DNA of 64,000 nucleotides, from sequence record NC_054916.1, one strand, 5' to 3'. Origin of the DNA: Escherichia phage vB_EcoM-G28. The number at the start of each line of letters is the position of its first letter. Position 1 is the first letter of the stretch. Shown here one piece after another: positions 9,026-19,979 of the stretch. The position numbers and the translations under genes are program-made. The notes beneath the pieces are model-generated. The model was not told the origin of the DNA. It made no database searches and worked only from the letters and a program-made list of their open reading frames with translations.

Positions 9026-10345
9026 TCATACATAAAACACATCATAACGACCACGTGTTACACCAACATAAAGAAGCTGCTGAGCTAGTTCAGCATCTGC
9101 ATAATGAATGCAAGGTGTATAAATGAAAGCACGATCTACAGACATACCCTGAGCTTTATGGAATGTTGATGCAGGAAGTGCTTTCACTTTACTAAACTGT
9201 GATTTAGCATCCCAAAAATCACTCCATGGAGCTTTTCCGCCTTTATTCCAATTTTTGTAAGTTTCTGCAGTTTTACCTAAAAATAAGTTAAACTTATACA
9301 GCTCTTCATCAGATGAAATTATTTTAATCTTTTCACGATAATATTCATCATCGCCGTAAGTTTCTACTGTTAAATCCCAATGACGAATTAGATATTCTCC
9401 AGGAACGCCACGAGCTTTAACAAATGTTGATGTATATTCTGCTTCTATAATACGAACTAATTGTCCGTTATTAAAAATAATTTCTGACACAGGCTTTCCA
9501 TCAATTTTGTATGTTTTAATTAATGGTTCCTGCATTACAATAATTTCACCGACAATAAAATCTTTATCAGTTTCAAAAATCTTTTTACGAATAATGCTAT
9601 TTAACTTATCAACAGATTTATTCGTAAATGCCATTACACGATTTTCAAACAAATCATCTAGTGATTTTACGATTGAAAAATAATTTACCATAAAATCACG
9701 TAAAGCGGTATCACCAGTAAATCCACGTACTCCATGCCCGTCAACAACTTTATCATAAATCCACTTACCGTTGCGAACATCAGTAGCTACATCAATAATA
9801 GGAGCATTACTGCGTTTAACTTCAGTGAGTTCACACTGATAAAAATCTTTGTGCGTAAAGAATGGACTGATATAAGCAGTGTTTTCTCCTGGGTCAACAG
9901 GTCTAATTTGCTTATTATCGCCTATTCCAATTATAGTACACCACGGCGGGATAGTTGAAAGCAGAATTTTAAATAGCTTTCTATCATACATTGACACTTC
10001 GTCGCAGATTAATACTCTGCATTTAGCCAAATCCGGTACTTCTTTTTGTTCAAAAAGAACGTTTTCTTCGTATGTTACTGGGTTAATTTTGAGAATACTG
10101 TGAATAGTACTTGCTTCTTTCCCTGATAGTTTTGAAAGAATCTTTTTAGCTGCATGTGTAGGAGCTGCTAAAATAATTCCAGTTTCGCCCGTAGATATTA
10201 AAGCTTCAATGATGAACTTAGTAAGAGTAGTCTTACCAGTACCAGCAGGTCCATTAATAGTTACATGATGTTTCTTTTCTTTAATAGCCCTCATAACGAT
10301 GTTAAAGGCATTTTTCTGGCCTTCGGTCAAATCATCAAATGTCAT
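9026..10345 (-). CDS. dda: Dda DNA helicase (SF1)
   Basis: 439-aa ORF; Walker A GPAGTGKTT, Walker B LICDEVSM; ATG at 10343-10345. Confidence 0.9.
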   Translation of the reverse strand: MTFDDLTEGQKNAFNIVMRAIKEKKHHVTINGPAGTGKTTLTKFIIEALISTGETGIILAAPTHAAKKILSKLSGKEASTIHSILKINPVTYEENVLFEQKEVPDLAKCRVLICDEVSMYDRKLFKILLSTIPPWCTIIGIGDNKQIRPVDPGENTAYISPFFTHKDFYQCELTEVKRSNAPIIDVATDVRNGKWIYDKVVDGHGVRGFTGDTALRDFMVNYFSIVKSLDDLFENRVMAFTNKSVDKLNSIIRKKIFETDKDFIVGEIIVMQEPLIKTYKIDGKPVSEIIFNNGQLVRIIEAEYTSTFVKARGVPGEYLIRHWDLTVETYGDDEYYREKIKIISSDEELYKFNLFLGKTAETYKNWNKGGKAPWSDFWDAKSQFSKVKALPASTFHKAQGMSVDRAFIYTPCIHYADAELAQQLLYVGVTRGRYDVFYV

Positions 10346-10653
10346 CGTAAATTCCCTGCAATTGGTATACTAATAATACGCCCAGTATCTAAAATTCGCC
10401 GATATAATCTTTGTGTGTCTACATCAGGCTTAACATGTTTAACTTCTATTTTATTAAACCAAAACTTGCGTGGAGTCTCAACTAATCTCGGAATTCCCAT
10501 ACCTAAAGCTAGTTGATACTGCTCTTTAAGAGTAGTAAATACTTTATCAGCAATCTCCCTTTCAAAAAATACAGCAGGACGATGTTCATCAAGAGGAACA
10601 GGCACCGCAAATCCATCTTTATCTCTATACACTATCGCATATACATAAAACAT
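10342..10653 (-). CDS. hypothetical protein
   Basis: 103-aa ORF overlapping dda start by 4 nt. Confidence 0.45.
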   Translation of the reverse strand: MFYVYAIVYRDKDGFAVPVPLDEHRPAVFFEREIADKVFTTLKEQYQLALGMGIPRLVETPRKFWFNKIEVKHVKPDVDTQRLYRRILDTGRIISIPIAGNLR

Positions 10654-10654
10654 A

Positions 10655-11401
10655 TTATCCTCGGATAAGTTTAAAAATTGAACAATTTAGCGGGTATCCT
10701 CTTTTCAGTTTAAGTTTATCAATAAAAGACAAGTTTTGATACCGCTCTACACCTTGAATAATTTTATCACACATATCATATTGCATTTCTGCTTCTGACA
10801 ACTTTTTCACGGTTTTCCAATCCGAGCCTTTAAGAAGAACGTTCAATTTAACAACTTCAGCGCCTTCTGCTATACGAGAACCATCAATACGAGCTTTAAG
10901 TGCTATAATCGTTAGCTTAACGTCAGAAGTTTGTTTTGATTTAGAAAGCTGAGAAATGTGCTCAATTCGGTTTTCACGTTTTTTCTGTATAGCTTTAATT
11001 TGATTATAAGTCTTTTTGATTTTAGCCCATTTCTTTTCATCTAAATTTAGTTTATGAACTTTTTTCGCAGATGAACGACCAATTCGCAAAGCAAATAAAT
11101 CACGCTTTTCAATCAGCTCTTCTAAAGTATAATCAGAACGAAATGTATTATACTTTTTCTTTACTGCAATAACATTCCCTTTAATGTATCCAACGTTATT
11201 ATCAAAACGTTCTAACGATAATTTCTCTCCTTCAATACGATTATCAAAAGGTTCTCCTGAGTAAGCGCAAACTTTCTGATCTAAAATGTTCTTAATGTAA
11301 TTGAAGTCTAAGTTAAAATCTTTAGAACGTCTTTTAGCTGATGCCTGAGTGTGCTCTAAACGACGTGTAATTTTACGAATTTGATTTTTAGACAGTTTCA
11401 T
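10655..11401 (-). CDS. hypothetical basic protein (occupies T4 srd position)
   Basis: 248-aa ORF, ATG at 11399-11401; name only by size/position. Confidence 0.5.
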   Translation of the reverse strand: MKLSKNQIRKITRRLEHTQASAKRRSKDFNLDFNYIKNILDQKVCAYSGEPFDNRIEGEKLSLERFDNNVGYIKGNVIAVKKKYNTFRSDYTLEELIEKRDLFALRIGRSSAKKVHKLNLDEKKWAKIKKTYNQIKAIQKKRENRIEHISQLSKSKQTSDVKLTIIALKARIDGSRIAEGAEVVKLNVLLKGSDWKTVKKLSEAEMQYDMCDKIIQGVERYQNLSFIDKLKLKRGYPLNCSIFKLIRG

Positions 11402-11430
11402 ATTTTTCTCACGGACGGTTAACTACTTAT

Positions 11431-11460
11431 ACTATATCATTTTTACTTCAGCTTGTAAAC
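11431..11460 (-). promoter_or_regulatory. early promoter, GTTTAC-N18-TATAGT
   Basis: plus-strand actata 11431-11436 and gtaaac 11455-11460; upstream of the srd-position ORF. Confidence 0.55.
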
Positions 11461-11516
11461 AACTTTATGAAAAATGCTTTAAAACTTTCATGGTATAATG
11501 AATCTAAGTCCTTCCA

Positions 11517-12119
11517 TTATAGATTAAATCCTTCAAAATCAAGAGTATAGATAGTGTATGTTGAATACTTTTTATACTCGTATCTATCCGCAATTCTAAA
11601 TACACTTCCAGATGGTATCATTACTTCTTGTTCATCTGAAACTAATTCCATATTACGATAGCGATGGCTATCCGGAAACTTAAAACTTGGACTATATTCT
11701 TTACAGCGTAGAGCTTTTATAGCATACTCCTGGAAATTAAATACCATAGGAGCTTTGAATTCAAAAATAACTTGTGTATTGTATTCTAATCCAGAAGCAA
11801 AATGTAGAGCTATATTTTTATCATATGAAGCTGATACTACTTTATCAAATGTAATAATATCAATTCCTTGATTTAACACCTGCTTAGTCTCAACTGGAAC
11901 ACCTCTCCAAAGAGGTTTATCGTTTGGAACCAAACGAGATTTGATTATTTCATTTAACCAAGAATGATCGTCTGGCTTATTAGTAATACAATGAATTAAA
12001 AGTTCAATTTCAGATAAATTAAATCCTTCAGAAAGTAATTCTTCACGAATAGAAGCACGCACCGATGCATCCATTGATTTGATTTTAAAATCTTTTAATT
12101 GCATTGCTGAATATTTCAT
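11517..12119 (-). CDS. modA: ADP-ribosyltransferase ModA
   Basis: 200-aa ORF; R-S-E motif set (PLWRG, SASY, EQEVMIP) typical of mono-ADP-ribosyltransferases; paralog of adjacent ORF. Confidence 0.7.
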   Translation of the reverse strand: MKYSAMQLKDFKIKSMDASVRASIREELLSEGFNLSEIELLIHCITNKPDDHSWLNEIIKSRLVPNDKPLWRGVPVETKQVLNQGIDIITFDKVVSASYDKNIALHFASGLEYNTQVIFEFKAPMVFNFQEYAIKALRCKEYSPSFKFPDSHRYRNMELVSDEQEVMIPSGSVFRIADRYEYKKYSTYTIYTLDFEGFNL

Positions 12120-12739
12120 TCAACTACCTCAATATCATACACTTTAAATGTTCCAAATGAATCGTGTAATTTTTCTTTTGAAATAGAAGTTATTTTATAC
12201 TTTCCAATTGGAATCATCCATTCTTGTTCACGCACAATCATCATTAAGTTATCAGTACGTTCTGAATCTAATCCATCAGTATCTTCATATGTATACTTAA
12301 ACTCAGTATTAGGAGAAGAAAGTATAATATCGCTGATATGGTCAGAGTAATTAAAAGCTTTATCAGTTTTTAAGCGAAGTACTATTTCAGTGAAATACTC
12401 AACATAAGAAAAACCGCATGCTGTGTGCAAACTAGTAGTAAATGAATCTACCCTGTTCGTTGAAAACACTTCTCCGACTTGTAAATCTTTAATGAGCTCT
12501 TTTGTCGATTTTGATATACCACGATATAGCTGATAAGGTGATTTAGTTAAATGCTTTTTAATGATTTTATTCAACTGCCGATGAAGAGCTTCATTCTTTT
12601 TGGCTTCCATACATTGCCAAAGAATTGACTGTTCAAAGTCAGTAAATTTTTCACAGACCTTTTTATACATATTATATTGAAAATCAACGCTTTCAGCTTT
12701 TATAGATAACTGTTCAACATCTGCAAGATTAATAATCAT
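12116..12739 (-). CDS. modB: ADP-ribosyltransferase ModB
   Basis: 207 aa from ATG at 12737-12739 (GGAGG RBS); motifs QLYRG, FSTNR, EQEWMIP. Confidence 0.7.
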   Translation of the reverse strand: MIINLADVEQLSIKAESVDFQYNMYKKVCEKFTDFEQSILWQCMEAKKNEALHRQLNKIIKKHLTKSPYQLYRGISKSTKELIKDLQVGEVFSTNRVDSFTTSLHTACGFSYVEYFTEIVLRLKTDKAFNYSDHISDIILSSPNTEFKYTYEDTDGLDSERTDNLMMIVREQEWMIPIGKYKITSISKEKLHDSFGTFKVYDIEVVE

Positions 12740-12765
12740 GATAGCCTCCATATACTTCAGAAGCT

Positions 12766-12795
12766 ATCATATCATTGTTAGGAAGGAAAGTAAAC
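12766..12795 (-). promoter_or_regulatory. early promoter, GTTTAC-N18-TATGAT
   Basis: plus-strand atcata 12766-12771 and gtaaac 12790-12795; upstream of modB. Confidence 0.5.
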
Positions 12796-12806
12796 AACTT
12801 TTTGAA

Positions 12807-12989
12807 TTATTTTGCCCAGGGAGCCCAGGGCGGAGGGTCAAGATGGTATGAAGCTAGTTCTTCTAGAAGAGCATCTGGGGCTTCAATTCCATAATTCTGT
12901 AATACTATACGGTACTCTTTCTTATAATCACTAGAATCATTCCGGATATTCGTAGAATGATTATCTTCTAACATCTCAAATAAATCCAT
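12807..12989 (-). CDS. hypothetical protein with Pro/Trp-rich C-terminus
   Basis: 60-aa ORF; GC-rich 3' end encoding DPPPWAPWAK. Confidence 0.4.
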   Translation of the reverse strand: MDLFEMLEDNHSTNIRNDSSDYKKEYRIVLQNYGIEAPDALLEELASYHLDPPPWAPWAK

Positions 12990-12997
12990 ATTAATTC

Positions 12998-13468
12998 CTA
13001 GCGATAAAAACCAAAATAACGATTAGCTTCAATAATTTTTCTTTCTTCTTCGGACATTCTCCAGCGTAGTCCAACATCAAAATGAGCCCAGACCATCTTA
13101 ACAAATGCATTTATATCTTTAATATCTTCAATAATGAATGTTTTACTTTTAGAAGGTTGACTCGCTAATTTAACTTTATCGTCTTCAAACAGGTCAAAAA
13201 GACCATATTCACGAGCTCTTTTATAGCCTTTAATAGTTAAAGCTTCAGAAGAAGAAAATGGTGAATCAGTATTCTGCAAAATATCTTCAGTATGCTTTAT
13301 AATTAGAATAACATTTTCTGGATATTTTCTTTCTTTTATATCTTTAATTAAAAGATTCGGATTTTCTGCTAAAGGAATAATTAATGAGCACTTTTTGTCA
13401 AGCGTATTTACTGATTTACCTTCTTTAGACATAAATTCTATTGAATATAGTTTTGCTACTTCAATCAT
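12998..13468 (-). CDS. hypothetical protein
   Basis: 156-aa ORF. Confidence 0.45.
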   Translation of the reverse strand: MIEVAKLYSIEFMSKEGKSVNTLDKKCSLIIPLAENPNLLIKDIKERKYPENVILIIKHTEDILQNTDSPFSSSEALTIKGYKRAREYGLFDLFEDDKVKLASQPSKSKTFIIEDIKDINAFVKMVWAHFDVGLRWRMSEEERKIIEANRYFGFYR

Positions 13469-13621
13469 ATGATTTCCTCTTGCCTACTAATGGACCGTCA
13501 GGAATTTTGTTTTCCTGGATATATTTCTCATTTTCTTCCATCATTTTACTGCCAATTTTAAGAAGCAAATCCAATGCTTCATTTGCTTTAGCCTTGGCCT
13601 CTTCTAACGTCATATCTCTGT

Positions 13622-13825
13622 TCATGATTTATCCCCATAGATGTCTCTCATCAATTTAAGCGCTGAGCGTTCTAATTTCTTTTCTTTCTCGGCACTAATC
13701 ATTGATTTCATCCATTCTTCTGATTCGTTCTGCATTTCTTTATTTGCCTGTTCAACCCAACCATCATCAATGTACATTGAGTTTGGTCTACTGAACCATT
13801 CAAACATTTTCTTCAGAACTTTCAT
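13622..13825 (-). CDS. hypothetical protein
   Basis: 67-aa ORF. Confidence 0.4.
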   Translation of the reverse strand: MKVLKKMFEWFSRPNSMYIDDGWVEQANKEMQNESEEWMKSMISAEKEKKLERSALKLMRDIYGDKS

Positions 13826-14297
13826 TTGTTTTACCTAAAACAACAGTAGGAGCATCGTCAAATTCATGAATTTTTAGCAAATTTGGATGTAAACTATTCC
13901 ACACAGAAGAAATAAAATATGATAAAGCATCTTCACTCGCAATTATAAATTTATTTCCTTTATCTATTTTCCAGTTATATACTGAATCATACGAATAGAA
14001 AGATAAAGGTTTATCATTATATTGTTCTGCGCTAACATTAATGTATTCGGATTTAGTAAATGCTTCAATTGCTCTAAATGGAATATTTGGTACAGTTTCA
14101 ATGATACCAATCTTTTTAAGCTTTATTTCAACATCTTCTGGAACTGGCATTGAAACGAAATTTTCTACGAGATACATTGGGTCACAATAACCCTTATCAA
14201 TCAATACTGCTACGGTAATTGGAACGTCTTTAGCAAACGCCATGCTATCGCTATTAATATACATTTCAAACAAAATCGCTTCCATAATTTTCCTCAA
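13800..14297 (-). CDS. hypothetical protein
   Basis: 165-aa ORF. Confidence 0.45.
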   Translation of the reverse strand: MRKIMEAILFEMYINSDSMAFAKDVPITVAVLIDKGYCDPMYLVENFVSMPVPEDVEIKLKKIGIIETVPNIPFRAIEAFTKSEYINVSAEQYNDKPLSFYSYDSVYNWKIDKGNKFIIASEDALSYFISSVWNSLHPNLLKIHEFDDAPTVVLGKTNESSEENV

Positions 14298-14635
14298 TCA
14301 CAAGATGTAGATGAACAATTAGAATCACAAGAACTTCCACATGAATCACCTGCCCATACATGAACAGGAACATTAGTATCATATGAATCAGAATTAGACT
14401 GTATATTCTGTGTATTAGATGATGTAGTAGGTGTTGACCAGCGCCAGGGATTTTTATAATATTCCTGGGCTTCTTCATAAGTCATAGTAACTGCTTCTAC
14501 TGTTCCATCTCCCATATAAACATATTCAACTACAGTTAAAGGAAGGTAGTCATTTGAAATAGGAACTACACCTTCTCCAGGAGTCGTAGAGAAAAAATCC
14601 GTAAAGAAATTTTTAAACCAATTAAAGATAAACAT
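14294..14635 (-). CDS. hypothetical protein with hydrophobic N-terminus and Cys/Ser-rich C-terminal tail
   Basis: 113-aa ORF; C-terminus [15 protein letters not shown]. Confidence 0.45.
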   Translation of the reverse strand: MFIFNWFKNFFTDFFSTTPGEGVVPISNDYLPLTVVEYVYMGDGTVEAVTMTYEEAQEYYKNPWRWSTPTTSSNTQNIQSNSDSYDTNVPVHVWAGDSCGSSCDSNCSSTSCD

Positions 14636-14841
14636 TACAAAAAGCCTCTTTTGAATTCAACTTGCTTCTCGCCATAATCATATCGAATCTCTGCATTAAA
14701 TTCGACAGAACCATCTGCGTACATCATAAATGAATGCACAACAACTTCTGTAGACCATGGCTGTAATTCATATTTCTTCATTACATGCCGTGAAATGATA
14801 ATATCTAAATCTTCGTTTGGTTTAATCCAGCGATTTAACAT
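14635..14841 (-). CDS. hypothetical protein
   Basis: 68-aa ORF, ATG at 14839-14841, served by promoter at 14868-14897. Confidence 0.4.
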   Translation of the reverse strand: MLNRWIKPNEDLDIIISRHVMKKYELQPWSTEVVVHSFMMYADGSVEFNAEIRYDYGEKQVEFKRGFL

Positions 14842-14867
14842 AGTGCTCTCCTCTATAAGATAATTCT

Positions 14868-14897
14868 ATTATACCATACTCATTTTGGAAAGTAAAC
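14868..14897 (-). promoter_or_regulatory. early promoter, GTTTAC-N18-TATAAT
   Basis: plus-strand attata 14868-14873 and gtaaac 14892-14897. Confidence 0.6.
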
Positions 14898-14912
14898 CGT
14901 TTAAATGAAAAA

Positions 14913-14932
14913 AGGACTCCCGAAGGAGTCCT
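14913..14932 (-). terminator. rho-independent terminator downstream of soc (AGGACTCC-UUCG loop, then U-run)
   Basis: 8-bp stem, CGAA/UUCG tetraloop, TTTTTTCATTT follows on minus strand. Confidence 0.7.
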
Positions 14933-14939
14933 TGAATTA

Positions 14940-15185
14940 TTAACCGCCAGTTACTTTCCACAAATCTTCGTTTGCAGCAATCCACGCAGCACGTTGATTT
15001 TCTTCATATACAGTAGTATATGCTGCTTTTTCTGAAGGGAATGTCTGGTAATGAGCGCCAGAAATTTTGTGAACGTCAGAATAAAGAGGGAAAGCTACAG
15101 AAATTTCCTTTCCTTCAATTTTCTTATTTCCATCTAATTTTTGCTCAAATGTTTTAATATTAACATAACCGCGAGTACTAGCCAT
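14940..15185 (-). CDS. soc: small outer capsid protein Soc
   Basis: 81-aa ORF beginning MASTRGYVNIKTFEQ, matching my recollection of T4 Soc; ATG at 15183-15185. Confidence 0.8.
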   Translation of the reverse strand: MASTRGYVNIKTFEQKLDGNKKIEGKEISVAFPLYSDVHKISGAHYQTFPSEKAAYTTVYEENQRAAWIAANEDLWKVTGG

Positions 15186-15267
15186 GTAATTCTCCTTTTA
15201 TTTAAATTACATGATTATTTATAATCATTCTCGCGGCTTTTAAGTCGTCTTTTAAATAAACGAGCTA

Positions 15268-15786
15268 TTAATAACCTCGGTCTTGACGAGCGAAGTTTTC
15301 AGCATTTTTCAGATAATAAAGTTTAAAGATTTCTTCAGCCGTAAGACCGAGACCTTGGAACATGTTCAGAACGAAATGAAGAATATCAATCATTTCAAAT
15401 TTAATTTCCAACTGGTCTTGTGGAGACAAATCAGTAATTAGAGTTTCGCGGCGTTCACCATGTTGAGCTTTCCAAGGCTTCCATACAGCAGATGCATCTT
15501 TTTCGCCATTGCTCATACCGCCAAGAGATGTCAGAAGTTCACGGAATTCATCGTCAATATAATCTTTCTGATTACGTAGCCAATCAACAACTTCACCAGC
15601 AGTAGCCAAATCATCAGGATGACGGTTATATTCAGGTTTATCTTTAGCTAAACGAACCTGCAGAGATTTCTGCATATCAAGCATAACTTGCAGCGGGTCT
15701 TTTTCATCACCGAGAATATCCCAGTATTCGTTTTGAGCTTTATCAGCGCCTTCAATCAGTTGTGAACATTCATTAAAGTATGCCAT
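15268..15786 (-). CDS. 56: dCTPase/dUTPase (MazG-like NTP pyrophosphatase), gene 56
   Basis: 172 aa from ATG at 15784-15786 (AAGGA RBS); acidic helix motifs of MazG family; position between soc and dam. Confidence 0.7.
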   Translation of the reverse strand: MAYFNECSQLIEGADKAQNEYWDILGDEKDPLQVMLDMQKSLQVRLAKDKPEYNRHPDDLATAGEVVDWLRNQKDYIDDEFRELLTSLGGMSNGEKDASAVWKPWKAQHGERRETLITDLSPQDQLEIKFEMIDILHFVLNMFQGLGLTAEEIFKLYYLKNAENFARQDRGY

Positions 15787-15846
15787 TATTTTTCCTTTCA
15801 ATTCATTAATAAGTTAAATAATTATATCATTTGAATATATAAGCAA

Positions 15847-17186
<1,340 letters not shown>

Positions 17187-17211
17187 TATATTATCCTCAG
17201 CAGTTTATTTT

Positions 17212-17241
17212 ATAATACCACAGCAAGCTGAGAAAGTAAAC
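17212..17241 (-). promoter_or_regulatory. early promoter, GTTTAC-N18-TATTAT, upstream of nuclease-like ORF and dam
   Basis: plus-strand ataata 17212-17217 and gtaaac 17236-17241. Confidence 0.55.
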
Positions 17242-17259
17242 AAATTTTGTAAAATTTGC

Positions 17260-17267
17260 GATAAATA
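17260..17267 (+). promoter_or_regulatory. late-promoter-like box GATAAATA (7/8 match to TATAAATA)
   Basis: 24 nt upstream of the plus-strand ORF at 17291; imperfect match, so tentative. Confidence 0.3.
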
Positions 17268-17290
17268 TTTAATTTAAAGGAGGACGACGC

Positions 17291-17491
17291 ATGGTACAAA
17301 AATTAATGGCACTTGTTAATGCCATAAAAGGTAATAAAAAACGTATAGCTTTTACTATTTCTGCTATGATAGGAATTTTACTATGGAACTTTATTTTATC
17401 GCCAATTGCTATTGCTCATGGCGTTAGTATTCCAGTAATTACTCTCGATACATTCGTAGATTTAGCATTTGCTTTAGTTGGATTAATTTAA
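17291..17491 (+). CDS. small hydrophobic (predicted two-TM) membrane protein, plus strand
   Basis: 66-aa ORF; strong RBS AAAGGAGG 6-8 nt before ATG; two hydrophobic segments; converges on primase gene 3' end. Confidence 0.5.
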   Translation: MVQKLMALVNAIKGNKKRIAFTISAMIGILLWNFILSPIAIAHGVSIPVITLDTFVDLAFALVGLI

Positions 17492-18516
17492 ATCTTAGCA
17501 TATTTAGATAGCCGCATTTTAGCCATCAACCCTTGGGCAATATTATTTTTCATATATTCCATAATTTGTTCAGGGGTTGCACCTTCCTTTCTAATCATAT
17601 CATTAACATCTTTTGATTTCCAGGGAGATTTATCCCAAAACATAACCCTTTCTCCTGCGTCAACTAATTTAGTCATTCGTTTAATAGTATCAGGATGACG
17701 AGGTTCATTATCCAAAACCCATACTCGTCTATCTTTAAATGGAACAATTTCTAGGTCTAATTGACCACCTGTAATAGCTATACCATTTTCAATAAAAAGT
17801 GAATCTATAGGTCCTTCTAGAACATATACATCACCATCTTTAACTCGTTCAACACCATAGATTTTTGTTGCCTCAGGATAAGCTTTGATGGTGATATATT
17901 TTTGAGGAGCATCTTTCTTTAATGCACGTCCTTGAAAAGACTCAGCTTTTCCATTAGCATTATAAATTGGAATAACAAGACGAGGCTCAGGTATTTCCTT
18001 TTTATATGTTCCTGGTGCTATACTATTAACTAATTTAGGCCATTCGGTTGTAAACCAAAGATATTTCCATTTATCCTTTGGAATACAACGAGCTTTTACG
18101 TATTTTATAATTGGATGGTCTTCCGTCAGTTTATCTAATCTAATGCATGACGGAAGAGATTTAATTATTTTCTTCTCAGGTTGTTTAGGAAGTTCTTTAG
18201 GTTTTTCTACTGGACGACTTTTACCTTTTTCTTTTCTTATTTCAAAGATATACTCACGATATAAATCAGGTTCAAACTCCTTTAAATATATTCCGATTGG
18301 TGCATGATAGTTACAGTTATAACAATGAATATTTCCTTCATTATTATCACCGTAATACCATCCACGGGCTTTATTTTGGTCGGTTTTTGAATCTCCACAA
18401 ACAGGGCATCTAAACCGTAATTTAAAAGTTGAACTATTATTTACTTGTGTGAATTTAGGTAAATGAGCTAGCGCACGATATGCAAACTCATTATCAATCC
18501 AAGGTATTGATGACAT
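17488..18516 (-). CDS. 61: DNA primase (zinc-ribbon + TOPRIM), gene 61
   Basis: 342-aa ORF; CPVCGDSK...HCYNCNYH zinc ribbon; TOPRIM EGPIDS/DNE motifs. Confidence 0.9.
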   Translation of the reverse strand: MSSIPWIDNEFAYRALAHLPKFTQVNNSSTFKLRFRCPVCGDSKTDQNKARGWYYGDNNEGNIHCYNCNYHAPIGIYLKEFEPDLYREYIFEIRKEKGKSRPVEKPKELPKQPEKKIIKSLPSCIRLDKLTEDHPIIKYVKARCIPKDKWKYLWFTTEWPKLVNSIAPGTYKKEIPEPRLVIPIYNANGKAESFQGRALKKDAPQKYITIKAYPEATKIYGVERVKDGDVYVLEGPIDSLFIENGIAITGGQLDLEIVPFKDRRVWVLDNEPRHPDTIKRMTKLVDAGERVMFWDKSPWKSKDVNDMIRKEGATPEQIMEYMKNNIAQGLMAKMRLSKYAKI

Positions 18517-18682
18517 TTTTACTCTTCTTTTTCTTTAGATTCCTCTTTTTCTTTTTAGGAATCTGTTCAGGACCTTTATTTACTACAGCGCCTGACGTTG
18601 TTCCAGTAGAGATATTTTCAGGATTACCACCTGAATCTCCAGCTACCATATCTTCTTTGATAAATTCTTTATATGTTTTCAT
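18494..18682 (-). CDS. hypothetical Lys-rich small protein overlapping primase start
   Basis: 62-aa ORF, ATG at 18680-18682, AGAGGT RBS. Confidence 0.4.
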   Translation of the reverse strand: MKTYKEFIKEDMVAGDSGGNPENISTGTTSGAVVNKGPEQIPKKKKRNLKKKKSKNVINTLD

Positions 18683-18705
18683 ATTAACCTCTATTCATAA
18701 AAGCA

Positions 18706-19311
18706 TTAAAAATTTGGGTCATCAATAGAAACTTTTACTTTAAACTGTTTTTCTGATGGTAATTCATATCCGCATATTACAATTTTGTGATCAATATCAA
18801 AATACACAGAAGCAATATGATTAATGATGTTTTCAGTAAAGTCTAAATCAACCTCAATATCTTTTTGACCACAACCCAAAGGATAAATAATGCGAGTAAT
18901 TCGATTATCTTTAACAAAGATTCCACCAATATACTCTGTGCTGCGTTTAAAGTCTACGCGCCGCCGAAATGAAAAATATTCAGGCTCTTTATGAGCTCGG
19001 CTCATAGGACACAACGAGTAACTAGAGTAAGAGATGTCAAATCCTACGCCTTCGATATTAGCCAAAGTGTCATGATTAAACCAATTATAATCGTACGCCA
19101 AGTCCATTAGATTATAATATGTAAAAGGCACCGGATTAACATCACTAGTCACAAGCACGTAATTAGCAACTGCTATAATTTCGTTGTTTTTAACGAATAC
19201 AAACCGCGATTGATGCGAATGACCTGGACCTGCGTTTTCACGATTAATGATATAACACTGGGCACCTTTATATTTGTACGTGTCTTTGCACTTGTGCATT
19301 TGATAAAGCAT
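18706..19311 (-). CDS. hypothetical protein
   Basis: 201-aa ORF; ATG shares an A with the sp stop codon (TAATG coupling). Confidence 0.5.
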   Translation of the reverse strand: MLYQMHKCKDTYKYKGAQCYIINRENAGPGHSHQSRFVFVKNNEIIAVANYVLVTSDVNPVPFTYYNLMDLAYDYNWFNHDTLANIEGVGFDISYSSYSLCPMSRAHKEPEYFSFRRRVDFKRSTEYIGGIFVKDNRITRIIYPLGCGQKDIEVDLDFTENIINHIASVYFDIDHKIVICGYELPSEKQFKVKVSIDDPNF

Positions 19312-19604
19312 TATTCACCTACCACTTCAGCGATGATATTTTTATTATTGAAGTTTTTATCGCAATACAGAACGTAATTATACTGCATTACACCACCAGA
19401 CTTAAGCTGTTTTTGCACTTCAGCTTTCATTTCAGGACGATCACGCTCAACGATATTCATAATATCTGCTTCAATCTGAGTTTCAACCTCAGTCTGATCT
19501 GCAGTCATAGACCATTCGCACAAATCTTTATCATAACCTGCCATAGCAGGCTGAGCAGCGCAAGAAGCTAAAGCAAAAATTGCAGCAAAAACAAATTTTT
19601 TCAT
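19311..19604 (-). CDS. sp: periplasmic Spackle-like protein (superinfection exclusion)
   Basis: 97-aa ORF with N-terminal signal peptide (MKKFVFAAIFALASCAAQPAMA); size/position as T4 sp. Confidence 0.65.
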   Translation of the reverse strand: MKKFVFAAIFALASCAAQPAMAGYDKDLCEWSMTADQTEVETQIEADIMNIVERDRPEMKAEVQKQLKSGGVMQYNYVLYCDKNFNNKNIIAEVVGE

Positions 19605-19661
19605 GATAATCTCCTCAGTAGTTTATGTTTATATAGTATCTCAATTTCTAACAAAAGTAAA

Positions 19662-19916
19662 CTATTTTATTTCCTCAAGTTCGTTAATCAATAAAAGTTC
19701 TCTGACGCTAAAAACAAAGAAAAATGTGTTCCCATCAACCAGAGCATGACCGCTAATAGAACACCCTCTGCGGAATTTAGAAACTTCACAATCTAGAACT
19801 GTAAAGGGTTTTAATCCTATGACTTTAGCTGTGCGTCTATTCAGTTCACAACCACTTGCGAATTTTTCCAAATCTTCTTCTGATTTAAACTGATATTCTC
19901 TATTAACTAGCATCAT
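19662..19916 (-). CDS. hypothetical protein
   Basis: 84-aa ORF downstream of early promoter at 19948-19977. Confidence 0.45.
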   Translation of the reverse strand: MMLVNREYQFKSEEDLEKFASGCELNRRTAKVIGLKPFTVLDCEVSKFRRGCSISGHALVDGNTFFFVFSVRELLLINELEEIK

Positions 19917-19947
19917 TTTCTTTTCTCCGCGATTAGCTGATAGAATT

Positions 19948-19977
19948 ACTATAACACAACTCTATCAGCTTGTAAAC
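19948..19977 (-). promoter_or_regulatory. early promoter, GTTTAC-N18-TATAGT
   Basis: plus-strand actata 19948-19953 and gtaaac 19972-19977. Confidence 0.55.
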
Positions 19978-19979
19978 TA

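Noticed and set aside
13441-13838. Plus-strand ORFs (13441-13659, 13641-13838) suggesting a divergent gene pair
   Set aside because: Low-complexity, Ser/Leu/Phe-rich translations typical of antisense AT-rich coding DNA; no RBS; they overlap minus-strand ORFs that fit the operon structure.
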